Shown piece by piece: positions 19,507 to 33,871 of a stretch of 64,000 nucleotides of DNA (its first letter is position 1; every line of letters starts with the position of its first letter). Both the position numbers and the translations under genes were made by a program. The DNA comes from Octopus vulgaris (Eukaryota): positions 73,904,001 through 73,968,000 of the forward strand of contig OX597821.1 of NCBI GenBank assembly GCA_951406725.2. The letters run 5' to 3'. The notes beneath the pieces were generated by a model, which saw only the letters and a list, made by a program, of their open reading frames with translations, did not search any database and was not told the DNA's origin.

Positions 19507-19665
19507 AGGCGTGGGTGTGTGATAAAAAGCTTGCTTCCCAACCACATAGTTCCGGGTTCAGTTCCAGTGCGTGGAACCTTGTATAAGTGTTGTCTACTGT
19601 AGCCTCGGGCCGACCAAAGCCTTGTGATTGGATTAGGTAAACGGAAACTGAAAGACCCCGATGTG
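19507..19665 (+). mobile_element. SINE family A 5' half (a 3' half lies at 20228-20430)
   Basis: Similarity to other copies. The halves are separated by ~560 bp of other sequence. Confidence 0.7.
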
Positions 19666-21734
19666 TGTATATATATCCAAAGAACGGAACAAGAACGCAA
19701 CGGTCGACAGTGAAAACATTTATGGCTCTATTCATCAGTCAAGCTTCCAACTATCATTACAGTTTTGACCTATTACACTTGAGACTGTTTAAAATTGGTA
19801 GGCCCCAAAAATATAAGCTAAGGGCGTTAAACTTTTGGAAGAAAGCGGGCGAATATGTGCGACAACACGGATAAAAAGAACGAGAAAACGGAGAAAATGT
19901 TACACGATTACAAATACAAACAAGAATAACAAAGGTGTATTTCGACTAAAATGACAAGTTAAGCTGGCATAGATGAAAGTCAGGACACAGGAAAATAAGG
20001 TGTTGTGTGAGCGGTGGTTAAACCAAGAAAGAAAAATCATGCGTGGCCGAGCACTGATCACGTGGGAGGAACAGAGAGCGGTAGGGAGCAGAAACATTGA
20101 TGAATTAGGGAAGGAACTAGCGAGAGAAAAAAGGAGAAAGAGAAAGGGAGGAACTGAGGGAAAGGTACAAAGGAGATAAAAGAGGAAAGTAAAGAGTTTA
20201 AAGAAAGAGAATGGCAAGAAATATTTGTGTGTTTTTGTCTGGCCCTCTTCGCCATTGCTTGACAACCGATCTTTGTGTGCTTACATCTCCGTAACTTAGC
20301 GGTTCGGCAAAAGTGACCGATAGAATTAAGTACCCGGCTTACAAAAAATAAGTCTAGGGGTCGATTTCTCCACCTATCAGGCGGTGCTGCAACATGGCCG
20401 CAGCCAAAATGACTGAAATGAGTAAAAGAATAAAGGAACACACAAATGAACTATTTTTCTTTCTTCGATCACATTGTTTACATTCGTCGCAACTAAGTTG
20501 GAATTTGATAAATGTTTACCAAATCTTAATCTTGAGAGGAGAATAACCAGGCCATGAGTACATTGAATAGATTTCTCCTTTTCTGTTTTTAGAATTCTGT
20601 GAAGTGTGAGTGCACGATCTAAAATATGGGAATTTTATGTCCATTTTTCGAAAAGGACATCAATGACAGAATTTGAATGAATTGGCCTGAAACGGCAATG
20701 GAGAAACTGTCTTTGAACCTGACTCAACGAAATCGTAACATTTTAGATTCAATGATTGACAATATTAAAATAATTATTGTATAATTACCGCGCGCCGTTC
20801 GAACGCGCGCGTGCGTGTGTGTGTGAATACGTAATATGTGTGCCTTGGTGCGTAATAGATGTTCTTGTTTTTCGGCCTCTTTTATAGCAGCTGTCGTTTT
20901 AATTAACGACCTCAAATCAACCTGTTTACCTCGGCTTTAATAATCAACAAACATTGACTAAAAGAATGTTTTCAATGTAACTGAAGCATGACGAGGTTCT
21001 AATTAAATTCGTTATTTAACTGACTTAGAATTTATTGACTGCGGGAGTTGTATTAAGACCACGGCAGCTAATTTAGTAGTTTGCAGTACGGGTTCGATTA
21101 TCGATAGATTAGGGATACAGGATATTGAAGGATTGAAGGTCGTGGTCAGTTAGCGGAGACAGAAGGCAAAGAATAATATTTTATATATAAATTATGTGGA
21201 ATTATGTGTTGTATATATTTTATAGACAACTACATATATATTCTACTAGAATGTTCGCCATGGTATGCTCCAGAGATTCATAGACGTCCATCTTTGGCTT
21301 CTGTAGTCTCAAACAGTATTTTTAATATTATTAGTATTATTAAAAAGCATTATTAGAGCAGCTGAGAAGAAACCTTGTGGTAATTGTTCAAGCTCTTTAC
21401 GCTATCAGCTCAAATTTCGTCGATTTTAATTTTAGCTTTCATCCCTTTGGGATCGATAAAATAATCGTTCAGTCGAGTAGAGATTTTGACAAAATTAATT
21501 AAACCCTCAGTCTCAGATTTTGGCCCAATATGTCTGTTTCAGAAGCATTTATTGTTTCTGATGGAGTGCGGTGAGCTGGAAGAAATGTTAGCACGCCGGT
21601 CAAAATGTTTAGCAGAATTTCGTCCGTCTTGACGTTTTGAATTCAAATTCTACCGAAGTCGACTTTGCCTTTCATCATTTGGACACTGGGACTTAGCTCT
21701 GCTCCAAAATTGCTAGCATTGTGTCAAAATTTCA

Positions 21735-22455
21735 ATTGAGAACCGATTACATCAGATACAGAATAGACAACACATCAGAAAGTGGTAAGTGCAGAATCTG
21801 TGGACAAAATAGTGAAACCGTATGGCATATTACCGGTCAATGTACGCTACCAGAAAGAATATAGAAGACTAGAAAGAATATAAAAGACGTTATGACAATA
21901 TAGCATTGGATACATTGCAACGAGTATGGACTTGACAGAGCAAAAAAAAAGTGATACGAACATAAACCTGAAGGTATCATCGAAAATCATAATGCAAAGA
22001 TCCTGTGGGATTTTATAATTCAGTGCGACCATGAGATAGTGAATAGGAAACCAGACCTAGTGTTAATTGAGAAAGAAAGCAAACGATGCTGGATCATAAA
22101 TATAGCATACCCAGCTGACAACAAGGTATGCGATAAGGAAGGCATGCGATAAGGAAAGTCGATAGATATGACAGGTTAGCTTGGGAGGTTAAGCAGCTGT
22201 GGTCGATAAAAAAGGTGGTAGTAGTAACAATAATTGTTGGAGCCCTGGGAACAGTGAGTAAAAATCTTGAGAAGTACATGGAACAAATAGGGGCTGCAGC
22301 ACTTGCAAAAAACAGCACCGCTTGGAGTCGCTCTAATACGCCAGATGATGCTGGAAAAATAAGAGGTGTTACCTTAGTTTACAATAGTGAACAGCTGACA
22401 CTGTAATACATCTCCAGCGTTAGAAGCTGTGCAAAGACAATAAATATTAATAACA
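21735..22455 (+). mobile_element. R4/Dong-clade RLE non-LTR retrotransposon 3' fragment (decayed)
   Basis: KCRICGQNSETVWHITGQC zinc knuckle, ILWDFIIQCD, NRKPDLVLIEK (PD-D/ExK nuclease), IIVGALG, and a TAA-rich end. Confidence 0.85.
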
Positions 22456-23426
22456 CCTGTTATAAAAGTTTTAGCTCCTTGGCACGGTCAAAATCACGAG
22501 AAAAGTATTAGGAAGTTGAAACAAAGAGATAGGATGGTACAAGTCCAATACTTAGGCAAGACTCTGGGAGTCCCAAAGCCTGAGTGAAAGGAAGGAGGAG
22601 GAGAAGCTTATACATTCTGCAACTACGCAAAGGGCATATAAAGATCGTGGTAAGCTTATTAAATAGGAAAAACAAAAAAGAAAATTAATGGAAGCAGAAT
22701 GTATGAAAGTACCAAAGATATCATTCTGCTGCCAGTTCTGTAGGCAACACAACTAAAACTACGGAATAGAAGTGAAGGTACAAATCCTTTCTAATATTCG
22801 CAAGAAGCCGTGGAACGAAACAGAAGATAATGAATTATAAAGACATTTTTATTTCAAAAATAGATCATACATTTAATGAATCGCTAGAATTTAAAAAAAA
22901 ATCTTATATATATATATATATATCACAGAGCTTGTGTGCGTGCGTATGTTCCTTATGGATTCGAAAACCGAGCTGTTGATTTTGACATATATGGTATCAA
23001 AACATTCAGTAATCTTTCGTCTACCAAATGCAGTAGGTTTTGTGCACAACTCTTTTTTACTAGAGAAATAACCTTGAAAACGAGGTTGGGTCGCAAAATT
23101 TTGAGGTCTTTAGCGAAGGGAGGCAACTCTGCCGAAACATAAACACAAACGCGCACACATTATGTGCAAGAATAACTGGGCGATTGAGAGGTTTGCTTCC
23201 CAATCACATTTTTCCACGTTCAGTCCCTCTGCATCGTACCTTAGGCAAGTACTTTCTACTATAGGCCAACCACAGAATAGTGACTGAATATGGTATGCGG
23301 AAACTGCAGCGTTGTTGATCGGATAATGACCAAAAATCGTGTGCCGATTCTGCTCATAAGAAAGGAAGAAATAATACAATGTGGCTGTAGCTCATAACAC
23401 ACGGGCAACACCAAGGTGCGTTGCTA

Positions 23427-23522
<96 letters not shown>

Positions 23523-23527
23523 TTTTA

Positions 23528-23731
23528 CTCTTTTACTTGTTTCAGTCAATTGACTGCGGCCATGCTGGAGCACCGCCTTTAATCGAGCAACTCGACCCCG
23601 GGACTTATTCTTTTGTAAGCCCAGTACTTATTCTATCGGTCTCTTTTGCCGAACTGCTAAGAAACGGAGACATAAACACACTAGCATCGGTTGTCAAGCA
23701 ATGCTAGGGGGACAAACACAGACACACAAAT

Positions 23732-23762
<31 letters not shown>

Positions 23763-23927
23763 CATATATACGACAGGCTTCTTTCAGTTTCCGTCTACCA
23801 AATCCACTGACAAGGCTTTGGTCGGCCCGAGGCTATAGTAGAAGACACTTGCCCAAGGTGCCACGCAGTGGGACTGAACCCGGAACCATGTGGCTGGTAA
23901 ACAAGCTACTTACCACACAGCCACTCC
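23528..23927 (-). mobile_element. SINE family A, full length
   Basis: Reverse-complement match to other copies. Confidence 0.9.
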
Positions 23928-24145
23928 TTTACTTCAGAGAAGGAACGCCCCTCATTTACTTCTTGCACAGGTCATGGTTCCTGGATACCCTTCTGCTGAC
24001 ACTTTTTAGGCACTTGGACCTCGGAGACCTGTGCATTGAAAGCGCCTAGTTGTAAACCATAGATATATTTGGCATCTGGGCTACAAGCATCACAAGAAAA
24101 CTGAAAACCAAACGATATGAGTAAGTGAATAAATACCACCACCAT

Positions 24146-24146
<1 letters not shown>

Positions 24147-24216
<70 letters not shown>

Positions 24217-24223
24217 GTACTAC
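24147..24223. repeat. (ACT)n microsatellite
   Basis: Directly visible. Confidence 0.95.
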
Positions 24224-25125
24224 TATCTCATGGACCCAATAAATGGAGCCTAAATATGGTTGCCAGATATAGAAACAAGACATCATCCTAGTCTCATTGT
24301 TGCTTTGAAAAAAATGGGAAGAGCAAATTGGAAAGATGTGTTTCTAGATACAAACGGGCTTGAAAAAAAAAAGGGACGGGATTGGCGTGGCTGGAATCGC
24401 TTTTGATGCTAGGGCAGTTGGATGGGATTGGGCAGCGAGTGAACAACAACACTAACAAAAACAAACTACAAATATGAATACATCGACCACCACCACCACC
24501 GCCAACATTTCTTCTGTTACTTCACATCTCATACATATACTCCTCTACAAACATTCACACACACCACCGCCACCACTTACACATATAAAATTGATACACT
24601 CATTACTACTACTACTACTGCATAGACAAAAATCAACATAACCACTACGAACTTTGCTATCATATAAATACACACTTATTAAAATTACACACACACACAC
24701 ACATCAGCACCACACTTACCACCACTAACAGGCACTGCATCAATACACACGCGCTTGTACACACCTACTTCATATGCAAACACACACACACATGCAGAGA
24801 TACAGTGATAAGGTTGGTCAGCATATACGAAGCACTGACCATTTGAAATCTAAACAAATGCATAGAGATCAGCGAATGGGTCATGTGAGTGTGACGAAAT
24901 ACTTTGATATTCGCAACCATATAATTAATTAATTAAATGTAAACATGTGAATTACGACTACAATCAGTGCGGGACTTCTTGTAGTGGTATTGATAAAGGT
25001 TACTCGCCCAAAATGCGGCCATATTTGATTATACATACACACGATGTCAGATAAAAACACTTGCTAAAATCAGGCATAATTTATATACATGTATTCAGGG
25101 ATATATATATGCATATATATGCATA

Positions 25126-25166
<41 letters not shown>

Positions 25167-25934
25167 ACACGTATGCATGTGTATAAGTACATATACACAC
25201 ATATATTCATAAACATGTATATATATACATGTCTACATATGTATATATGTGTACTTATATATATATGTAGAGAGAGAGAGAGAGAGATGCATACGCACAT
25301 ATGTACACACACACACGTGAATGCGCACACACACATACGCACAGACAGAGTCACATTGCATTGCTTTATGCTGCCATTATTTCGATTTCCAACGGCCGCC
25401 TTCTCTTTTACATTTATCGGCATTTCCTCCTGCATTATCTGCAAAACAGCCTCCCCCTCCCCTTCTCTTTTTCTGTCCATATATAGCGCTGTCTGTGTGT
25501 GAGTGTGTTTCTATTTGTCAATGAATTTACATTTGTATAAACACACTGAGACGGACACATACAAATACACACGCACGAATCATTCCATTTCCGTCACACA
25601 CACACACACAGCTATTTTAGACACACAACCACCCCCAGACACGTACACTCAAACGCATACATACACAGACGATCGTTATAAGCGCCACAACACAGCATAA
25701 TTTATAAAATATATCTTCTTATCAACAAGTCACAAGCGTGCAAGCGACTGAATAAACTTGTGAAGACTGATGCAATAGATTCAGGAAAGTTGTAAACTGG
25801 ATGACTAACGTTTATATTGGGAAGACAACCACCACACTTTTTTGTCATGTGACCATGCACCTAGAATGAGGAGTCATTACGACGTCATATTTGTTTTACA
25901 ATTAATGAGACAGACCTTTGTTGAAAAACGTAAA

Positions 25935-26380
25935 TGCACACTGACTCATAGACACAAGCTCGACAAATGGTAATGGTGAACTGGCGATGATGTAGCTATT
26001 TCTCTGCAGATTAGTCTTGCTTCTGCCTATCAAATCATCCACGTTGAGCTCGGCTTCCATAAAGTCTGTGCAAGATGGGTGTCAAGAGAGCTCATGGCAG
26101 AGAACAAGCGCAAACGTCTTTAAGGTCTGCCAACGCTTACTCGACAAAGAGGGCGACGAATTTTTGAGCAGAAAAGTCACAGGAGATAAAATGTGAGACA
26201 GGATCCAAAACAGAGTATGGAGTGAAAATACCCTGGCTCGCCAGCTACGAAGGAATTCAAGACAAAGTCTTTGGTGGGAAAGGTGATGCCTACCCATTTT
26301 TGGGACTCAAAAGGGCCTATACGGGAAGACTGCCTGGAAAAGGGGTGAACGATTTGTAGTGCAAGATACAGTGCTGGACA
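25935..26380 (+). pseudogene. Mariner transposase remnant
   Basis: ELGFHKVCARWVSREL (WVPREL-like), VTGDK and GKVMPTHFWDSKG motifs with disruptions. Confidence 0.8.
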
Positions 26381-26389
26381 ACAAACTGA

Positions 26390-27181
26390 ATAATAAGGTC
26401 AGTCGGGCACCATTTATGAGAAAGACAGCACCATGACGCAATTCACTCTGCCAGATATTTGGAAATGACATGTTGTACGACTTGTCATTTGCACCGGAGG
26501 CTCCAATACGAACAGATATTGAACGCACAGAACAACCGTTGGCTTGTCGTGTCCACAAAACATGTAGCAAGAGTGATAAAAATCAAAGATTCAATCAACG
26601 CCATGGAGTTTGGAGTGAACACAAGCGATGGCGGTGTTATGCCTCCATTCATCTTCCCACATGACCTTACACTCAACACGGAGGCCTACATCAAGTGCCT
26701 AGAAGAAGTAGTGCTGCCCTGGGTGAAGGGTGGCTACCGGAAGACTCTTTGTCTGGCAACATGTCTCTGCAACATGTCACACAAGCAGGAGAACCCAATC
26801 ATGGATGTCAGACAATTTCTGCGACCACATCAACCCTAACATCTGGCCAACTAACTTCCGCGACTGCACTCCCCTTGATTATTATGTGTGGGGTGCATTC
26901 GAGCGAGGGACCAACGAAACACCTTGTAACACCAAAGATGAAGTGAAGGCAAGGATTATGGCAGCATACATCAACTTAAACAAGGAGATCGTCCAGAAGA
27001 GTTGCAGGATATTCTGAAGTCGTCTGGAGACAGTTGTTGAAGCTAATGGCGATAGAATAAATTTACTCTTTAGTATTTCGAAATATTTTTGTGTGATTTT
27101 GGTAAATATATCTGTTAAAAATGAGATGTCAGTGATATTTTCATTTTTGCATATTTTAGACAATTTATTCACCGCACCCCG

Positions 27182-27183
<2 letters not shown>
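26390..27183 (+). pseudogene. maT/DD37D-like Tc1-mariner transposase remnant with right end
   Basis: FGVNTSDGGVMPPFIF, YIKCLEEVVLPW, and WPTNFRDCTPLDYYVWG (SPDxNPLDY type). Confidence 0.8.
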
Positions 27184-27238
<55 letters not shown>

Positions 27239-27284
27239 ATGCGTTGTGGCAATTAAGATAAACACCGATATAAATATTTAGTTC

Positions 27285-27377
27285 ATACATACGTTTCACC
27301 ATTGAGGTCATTTAGAACTCTGCATTGGATGTTTCATGTGTATTTAAATGCTTAACCGCAACGGATCATCAGAGCAC
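27285..27377 (-). ncRNA. Degenerate hammerhead motif with extended stem II
   Basis: gtgct-CTGATGA-tccgttgcggtta...tgacctcaatggt-GAAA-cg-TA-tgtat. Stem II pairs over ~11 bp; stem I is weak. Confidence 0.5.
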
Positions 27378-27632
27378 TTATGTGCAGCCTTATACAGATA
27401 TCCTGTACCTGGATAATGATAATCTACATAGAACTCTAACTCATACGATGTAAGGAAAATATCTTATATTAGCGTGTCTGTAGATTAATGATATTGCTGA
27501 AAACCTACACGGAGATTGTTGATTATGATAGGGAAAATGTAAAAAATATTGGTTGATAGAGAAATTTCTCCTATTTCTAAGTTGAGAAACAAACAAACAA
27601 TATATAATCAGGGTGATGTTCTGTCTTTCCAG

Positions 27633-27964
27633 GCTGGTTACCATCGAGCGACAACTGTCTTCTCTGGCAACATGGAACCGGCCAAACTTTGGTGAGAGAA
27701 ACTCGAGAGGCCGAAGCTGTATTGAAACTGTTTGAAGATAAAGAGAGTCTTAGTGTGTTAGAGACGGTTTTACACCAGTCTCTGGTCTTTCGAGGCTTTT
27801 AATGGAATTTACTTTGCTTTAAGTATTGGCGACGGTATGCAGTTTAATTTTAATTTCATCCCTCCAAACTTGCAAATACTGAATCGAATCACGGGCGCGG
27901 CACTTGCTCCTATGATCGAACCAGTCATTAGAGGAGAGACAACCGTTTTTATGTTTGTAATAAT
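27633..27964 (+). CDS. Candidate host exon (unknown protein) with one apparent frameshift
   Basis: Acceptor ctgtctttccag| and donor |gtaagt. Reads [14 protein letters not shown]...HQSLVF then [13 protein letters not shown]...TTVFMFVI if one base near 27790-27800 is removed. Confidence 0.45.
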
Positions 27965-28031
27965 GTAAGTACATATATCTGTGTATAGGTATAAGTATAC
28001 GTGTGTGCACATGCATACGAATGTGTGTATA

Positions 28032-28110
<79 letters not shown>

Positions 28111-28248
28111 TATATATGCATGTAGGTGTGTATCTGTACACGTATATGAAGTAAGTGTTCAACTAAAAGTCGCAATATTGTCCTCTTGTTTAATTTATCG
28201 ATAGCGACCTGTAAGACATTGTTAATTCAATAGTACCTACTCTCTCTC

Positions 28249-28279
<31 letters not shown>

Positions 28280-28612
28280 TGTATGTATGTATGTATGTAT
28301 GTATGTATGTATGTATTATGTATGTATGTATGTATGTATGTATCTATCTATCTATGTGTATGTATATATCGACACCGACAGGATGAAAGGCAAAGTCGAC
28401 CTCGGCGGAATATGAACTCAGAACGTAAAGACAGACGGAAAACCGCTAAGCATTTCACCTGGTGTGCTAACGATTGTTGTATAATGTTGCATAATATATA
28501 GTTTCATAGAATCGTGTGGGTATCACAGAAAACTCCTCCAACGGACTCGGTTAGCAGACCGCATAGTAATCCAGTACAAAGGAATATATTGTCTAGGCAC
28601 ACACATAAACAC

Positions 28613-28773
28613 AGGCGCAGGCATGGCTGTGTGGTAAGAAGCTTGCTTCCCAACCACATGGTATCATGTTCAGTCCCACTCTGTGGCACCTTGGGCAAGA
28701 GTTTCTACTATAGCCTCGGGTTGAACAAAGCCTTGTGAGTGGATTTAGTAAGCGGAAACTAAAGACCGTCGTA
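28613..28773 (+). mobile_element. SINE family A 5' half
   Basis: Head and core match other copies. Confidence 0.8.
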
Positions 28774-29671
28774 TATATGTCTACGACATACGAGGGAAAT
28801 TCTGTCTGCGGGTTTGTTTGTGGAGTTATTAGCCAACTCCTCCTACATCGTTTAATCGATTTTGATTAACCTTGACATATGAGTAGAGCTCATGTCTGGA
28901 AACCTCATGGCATACTCAGATTGTTGAAAAAAACGATAATAGGGACCCTAGAAGGGATCCTTATATATATAATATATTTCATTTTAAAAGCCAAGGGAAC
29001 TAAACTATTCGCCCCTGGAAGGGATACTTATATATAGCCAAGGGAAATAATTCATTTTCCTAAATTATTTGGTATAAATCAAATTGAGTATGCTTATTTC
29101 TTAGTATTTGAACTGTCAGAGTAATTTTCACAATTTATTCAGTACAACCCTTAAACAAGTAAATAGTATTTTCCTAAGCATTAGATCCACTTATTTCGGT
29201 TAGTGACTTATCCACGAACATACCGACCCGAAGGTAATATTCTCAGGGAACGCACAAAAGCCTTTTTCAGAATTATTTACTTTGAATTGTTATTGTCTCA
29301 TATCTGATTAGCCTGTTATTAGGTAACATGCTTCACGATTTTAGTATAAATACCTTATTAGTATTTCCTCCTATGTTCTATATACTCTAGGAACGCATTA
29401 AAGCCCTTTTCGGGGCTACTTTATTTGAATTCTTACTATCGGCTAACTAATTTCATGTTATTACATAACTGACTTTACAATTTGGGTACTTATAACTTAT
29501 TGGGAATTCCTAAAAACAAGATCTTGTGTAAAACAGTTCGGTATTCTCTGTAAATGCACAAAAATCGTTTTAAGGGTTACGTACTTTGTATTGTCATTGG
29601 ATTAGAGAAACATGAGAACGGAACCAAGGGATAAGCGCTGCTTTCCCGGGAATTACCGAGTACGTCAGCTA

Positions 29672-29712
<41 letters not shown>

Positions 29713-29714
<2 letters not shown>

Positions 29715-30135
29715 TCTTTTCGGTTTGAACGGCAGTTTTTTGAAAATAATTTCCACGCAACTAAACACTTTTAAACTTCGTATACTGGTAGAATGTGTTT
29801 ATAAAACATCTTTTTCTCTTGGCTTTATTGAGAAAATTCTATAGTTTGTAAGATATTTGTTGTTTTTTTTTCTTCAATTTCTGCAATTTCAACCAATCAG
29901 TGACGTCTATTGAGGTAAAAAAACCTTCTGTACCGTATGAATATGTCCCTCGTATAAGAAACAGATTGGGTTTATTTACATTTGTGAAGAAAAAAAAGAT
30001 ACCCTTACCCCCAACCCTAACCAACCCTAACCCTAAAACAGATTGAAATGCAATAGATCGATACTAAGGTCATAATTATGGGTGACAATTTCATATGACA
30101 CCGCTAGAAAAAACTGCCGTTCAAACCGAAAAGAT

Positions 30136-30136
<1 letters not shown>
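29713..30136. mobile_element. MITE with perfect 28 bp TIRs and internal CCCTAA repeats, inserted in (TA)n
   Basis: gatcttttcggtttgaacggcagttttt / aaaaactgccgttcaaaccgaaaagatc, with ccctaaccaaccctaaccctaa at ~30015-30036. Confidence 0.85.
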
Positions 30137-30212
<76 letters not shown>

Positions 30213-30377
30213 CGTGCGTGTGTGTGTGTACATATATATATATGTATGTATGTGTGCAGAAACCTCTTCATCGGCCAGGTATAAATGGGTGTTTTGTAGC
30301 TTCTAGAAGCTTCAAGAAGAGTCACCTAGAAAACTAAACATTCAAGACAAAAGCAATAATAACTATTAGTAAAGATT

Positions 30378-30722
30378 AGGCGCATGCGTGGGTGTGTGGT
30401 AAGAAGTTTGCTTCTCGACTACATGGTTCCGGTTTCAATACTACTGCATGGCACCTAAGGAAAGTGTCTTCTATAACCTCGAACCGATAAAAGCCTTGTG
30501 AGTGGATATGGTAGACGGAAACTGAAAGAGACTCATCGTATATATATATTTGTATGTGTGTCTGAATGTCTGTGTTTGTCCCCGCCAGCGTTTGCAAACG
30601 ACGTTGTTGTGCTTACGTCCTCGTGACATAGCGCTTTGGCAAAGAGATCGATAGAATAAGTGCTAGGCTTCCACTGAAATTCTTCAAGATGCTGCCCCAG
30701 CATGGCCGCAGTCTAATGAATA
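30378..30722 (+). mobile_element. SINE family A, diverged
   Basis: Head, internal microsatellite and tail ccccagcatggccgcagtc. Confidence 0.8.
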
Positions 30723-30842
30723 AATATAAGCACACACAAATACATACACATATACAAACACACTATACTACTATTTCTTCTGATCAATTTCCTACTTTTA
30801 TTGTAATCCATAATTCCGGTGGTTACTTTTTATGAACGCGGA

Positions 30843-30899
<57 letters not shown>

Positions 30900-31243
30900 A
30901 AGAGAGAGAGAGATTTAGAAAGAAAAAGGAGAGAGAAGCGGCGAGAAAACTCCTGGAAAAGACTCCAGTGCGTCATAGCTCACTTCCTCCACTGTAAAAA
31001 TTAAAGCCAATACTACAGGCTAATAAACTATTCCTCGATATTTTAGATTATGGTCTGTTCTAATCGTTTGGTACCTGCCTATATCTAAGTGGATTTGGTC
31101 ATTTGATTTCAGGATTGTGGTTATAAAAAACAAAAAACAAAAAACAAAAATAGCAAAGAAAGAAAAGTAAAGGCAGTGCTAGAGTTAAGATACTCCCATC
31201 ATTGCTATTTTCATTTCTGTTTACCATTCTTTGACAAAATTAG

Positions 31244-31523
31244 GTTTTCCTCACATTTCAATTCCTGCAATGTCATTCGTTCTCTTGCCAACACGAACTC
31301 TTGGCCTGGTCTAGAAGCTTCCAAACAACTCCTTCTAACTCCGCCCAACATTTCACAAGATGAACACGAACATTTAATAAGACAAGAAAACACCCAAAGA
31401 CCTCGACTGAAAGAGGCAGACTGCGCAAAGGCTGCCTATTCGGATCAGACAACCATTCCACTGGGAGAGATCAATGTCCGATCTCACTATTTGCTGACGT
31501 GTGAAGAAACGAAACTAGTCTAA
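31244..31523 (+). CDS. Candidate terminal coding exon (unknown protein)
   Basis: Pyrimidine-rich tract plus ttag| acceptor, then 92 open non-repetitive codons FSSHFNSC...CEETKLV*. Phase is compatible with the 27633-27964 exon. Confidence 0.45.
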
Positions 31524-31834
31524 AGGGAATTGTTCAATAGGAAGTCAAACGGAAAATGTTGCAAGATGGCAAAGTGGAGATAGCAAAGAATATTTGTAAG
31601 AGTGAAGGTTTGGTGACAGAATAGTAGTTCTGATGGTGGTGGTGGAGGCGCGGGGAGTTTACGTATAAGCTTCAGAAAGAAGTGAGAGACAAAGAGAAAA
31701 TGAGTGGAGGGGAGAGGTAGAGTGGGAAGAATGGCAACAGCAGAAGGTGGGCGTTGGAGAGGGGGTGCGGTAAGGTTGATTGTAGAGAGAAAAATATTGT
31801 TGGTAGAAAAATATACATACATACATGCATACAG

Positions 31835-31885
<51 letters not shown>

Positions 31886-31963
31886 GACACACATATATGT
31901 ATGTACGTATGTACATATATATATGTATACATGTACAGATATATGCATATATGTGCGTGCATG

Positions 31964-32014
<51 letters not shown>

Positions 32015-32344
32015 CACATATATGCATATATGTGTGCGCATGTATATGTATATATATACACATATGTAGAAATATGTGCATATATGTGTGTATATATATA
32101 TATGCATACATGTGTATATATGCATATATATATGTAAGTACATACACATGCATGTATATATATATATATATATATATATACACGTATGTATGTATATATA
32201 TATATATACACGTATGTATGTATGTATGTATATATACACGTATGTATATATATATATACATACACGTATGTATGTGTGTGTATGTGTATGTATATATATA
32301 TATATATACACGTATGTATGTGTGTGCGCATGTGTAGGTGTGTG

Positions 32345-32397
<53 letters not shown>

Positions 32398-33329
32398 GAG
32401 AGAGAGAGAGAGAGAAAGAGGGAATGGAGTGAGTTAGAGACAAAGAGGGACGCACAGAGAAAAAGGGAGGGAGAAAAAAACTTAGGGAAAAGTAGGAGAG
32501 AGAAAGAAAGAATTCGTGGAACAATGTTGAATGGAGAGAGAGAGAGAGAGAGGAAGAGAAAGAGAGAAAATGAAATAATGGAAGAGCTAGGGAACAGATG
32601 AAAGATGGAAAGGAAGCTGGAAGGTGGTGACATACAGGTCCCGTAAAATGAAGGAGACAGAGAGCAGAGAAAGAGTGTGCGAGTGTAAGTTGAGAGAAAC
32701 AGTGGTTCATTCCCTGCATGGGGCCTTTGATCAGTCGCTTGACTGAAACCATCAACTTTCACCTGCTACATTGCCAAAATTATGTTTTGCTCTGTACTTT
32801 CATTTTGTTTTTTGCCACCACAAAAACAAAGTCAATGTGTATACATACATACATACCCCACCAAACACACAGAATATATACGACAGGCTTCTTTCAGTTT
32901 CCGTCAGCCAAATCCTCTCACAAAAGTGGACCGAGGCTATAGTAGAAGACACCACTGAACTCGCCAAAGATGTCACCGAACCTGCATCCATGTAGTTGGG
33001 AAGAAAGCTTCTTACCTCACAGCCGCGCCTGCGCCAATACAAACACACACACACATATATACATATATATATATACACACACATACCAGATTAGAAGAGA
33101 CGAACGTAAAGTGTGTGTATTGACTGAATATGAAAGGGAATTGTACATAGTCTTAAGGGAGAAAGATCTATTGTAGTCTGAGTTGAGGAGGTAAAAGATG
33201 ACTGACATCTGCAAACTCTGGTTCGACGTGTCTCTGAGCTGTGTTCTTAAGAAGGGTCAGAATTCCATTCTAGATAAGGGGAATTTGGTGCATTTATGAT
33301 ATGGTTTGGGCTAGAGTGTTGCGGCCCGT

Positions 33330-33625
33330 AGTCATCTCTTTCACCAATGTTCCGAGGAGATCAGAACGACCCAGGTTAATGCTCATCCCAAATAACTGAA
33401 AATCGACGAGAAGCGGAGGGGGGGGGGGAACCTATGAGTCACGTCCTACGGTGGAATGTGTTAACATGGAAATGAATGCGTATGTGCCGAGGAACTGGGT
33501 TGTGGTCAGAAGATGGGTGAGAAGATGATGAGAAACGAGTCTGTAGTGATATGGTACCAGTTATTACAGAGGGAAGACTAATGTTGTAGCGGTAGAAAAG
33601 CCAAAGAGAAGCGGAAGGACATTTG
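33330..33625 (-). mobile_element. Degenerate Jockey/CR1-group LINE 3' fragment
   Basis: ASLWLFYRYN...TRFSSSSHP resembles LINE C-terminal motifs. Confidence 0.4.
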
Positions 33626-33871
33626 TGCTACAGAGATTACAATTTCATAAGTGTGTCCAAGTTAATCAGGTTATCTCATTTTTGTGGTGCTTCTACGAAC
33701 AGCCCTCGGAAGTCTCCACCTTTAGGGGGTTTACTTGTTATAATTTTCATTGTTATTCCCTTTTTTTACACGACTCAGTACCACTCTATCTGTACTGTAT
33801 TGTCTCGTACCGTTCCCAATCTTTCTTATATAAACGTTGAGTGATTAATAAAGAAAAATTACTATTATTAT

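Noticed and set aside
30005-30036. Telomere or interstitial telomeric array
   Set aside because: Only a few imperfect units, internal to a MITE.
31500-31523. C-terminal ETKLV as a class I PDZ ligand
   Set aside because: The -2 residue is Lys, not Ser or Thr.
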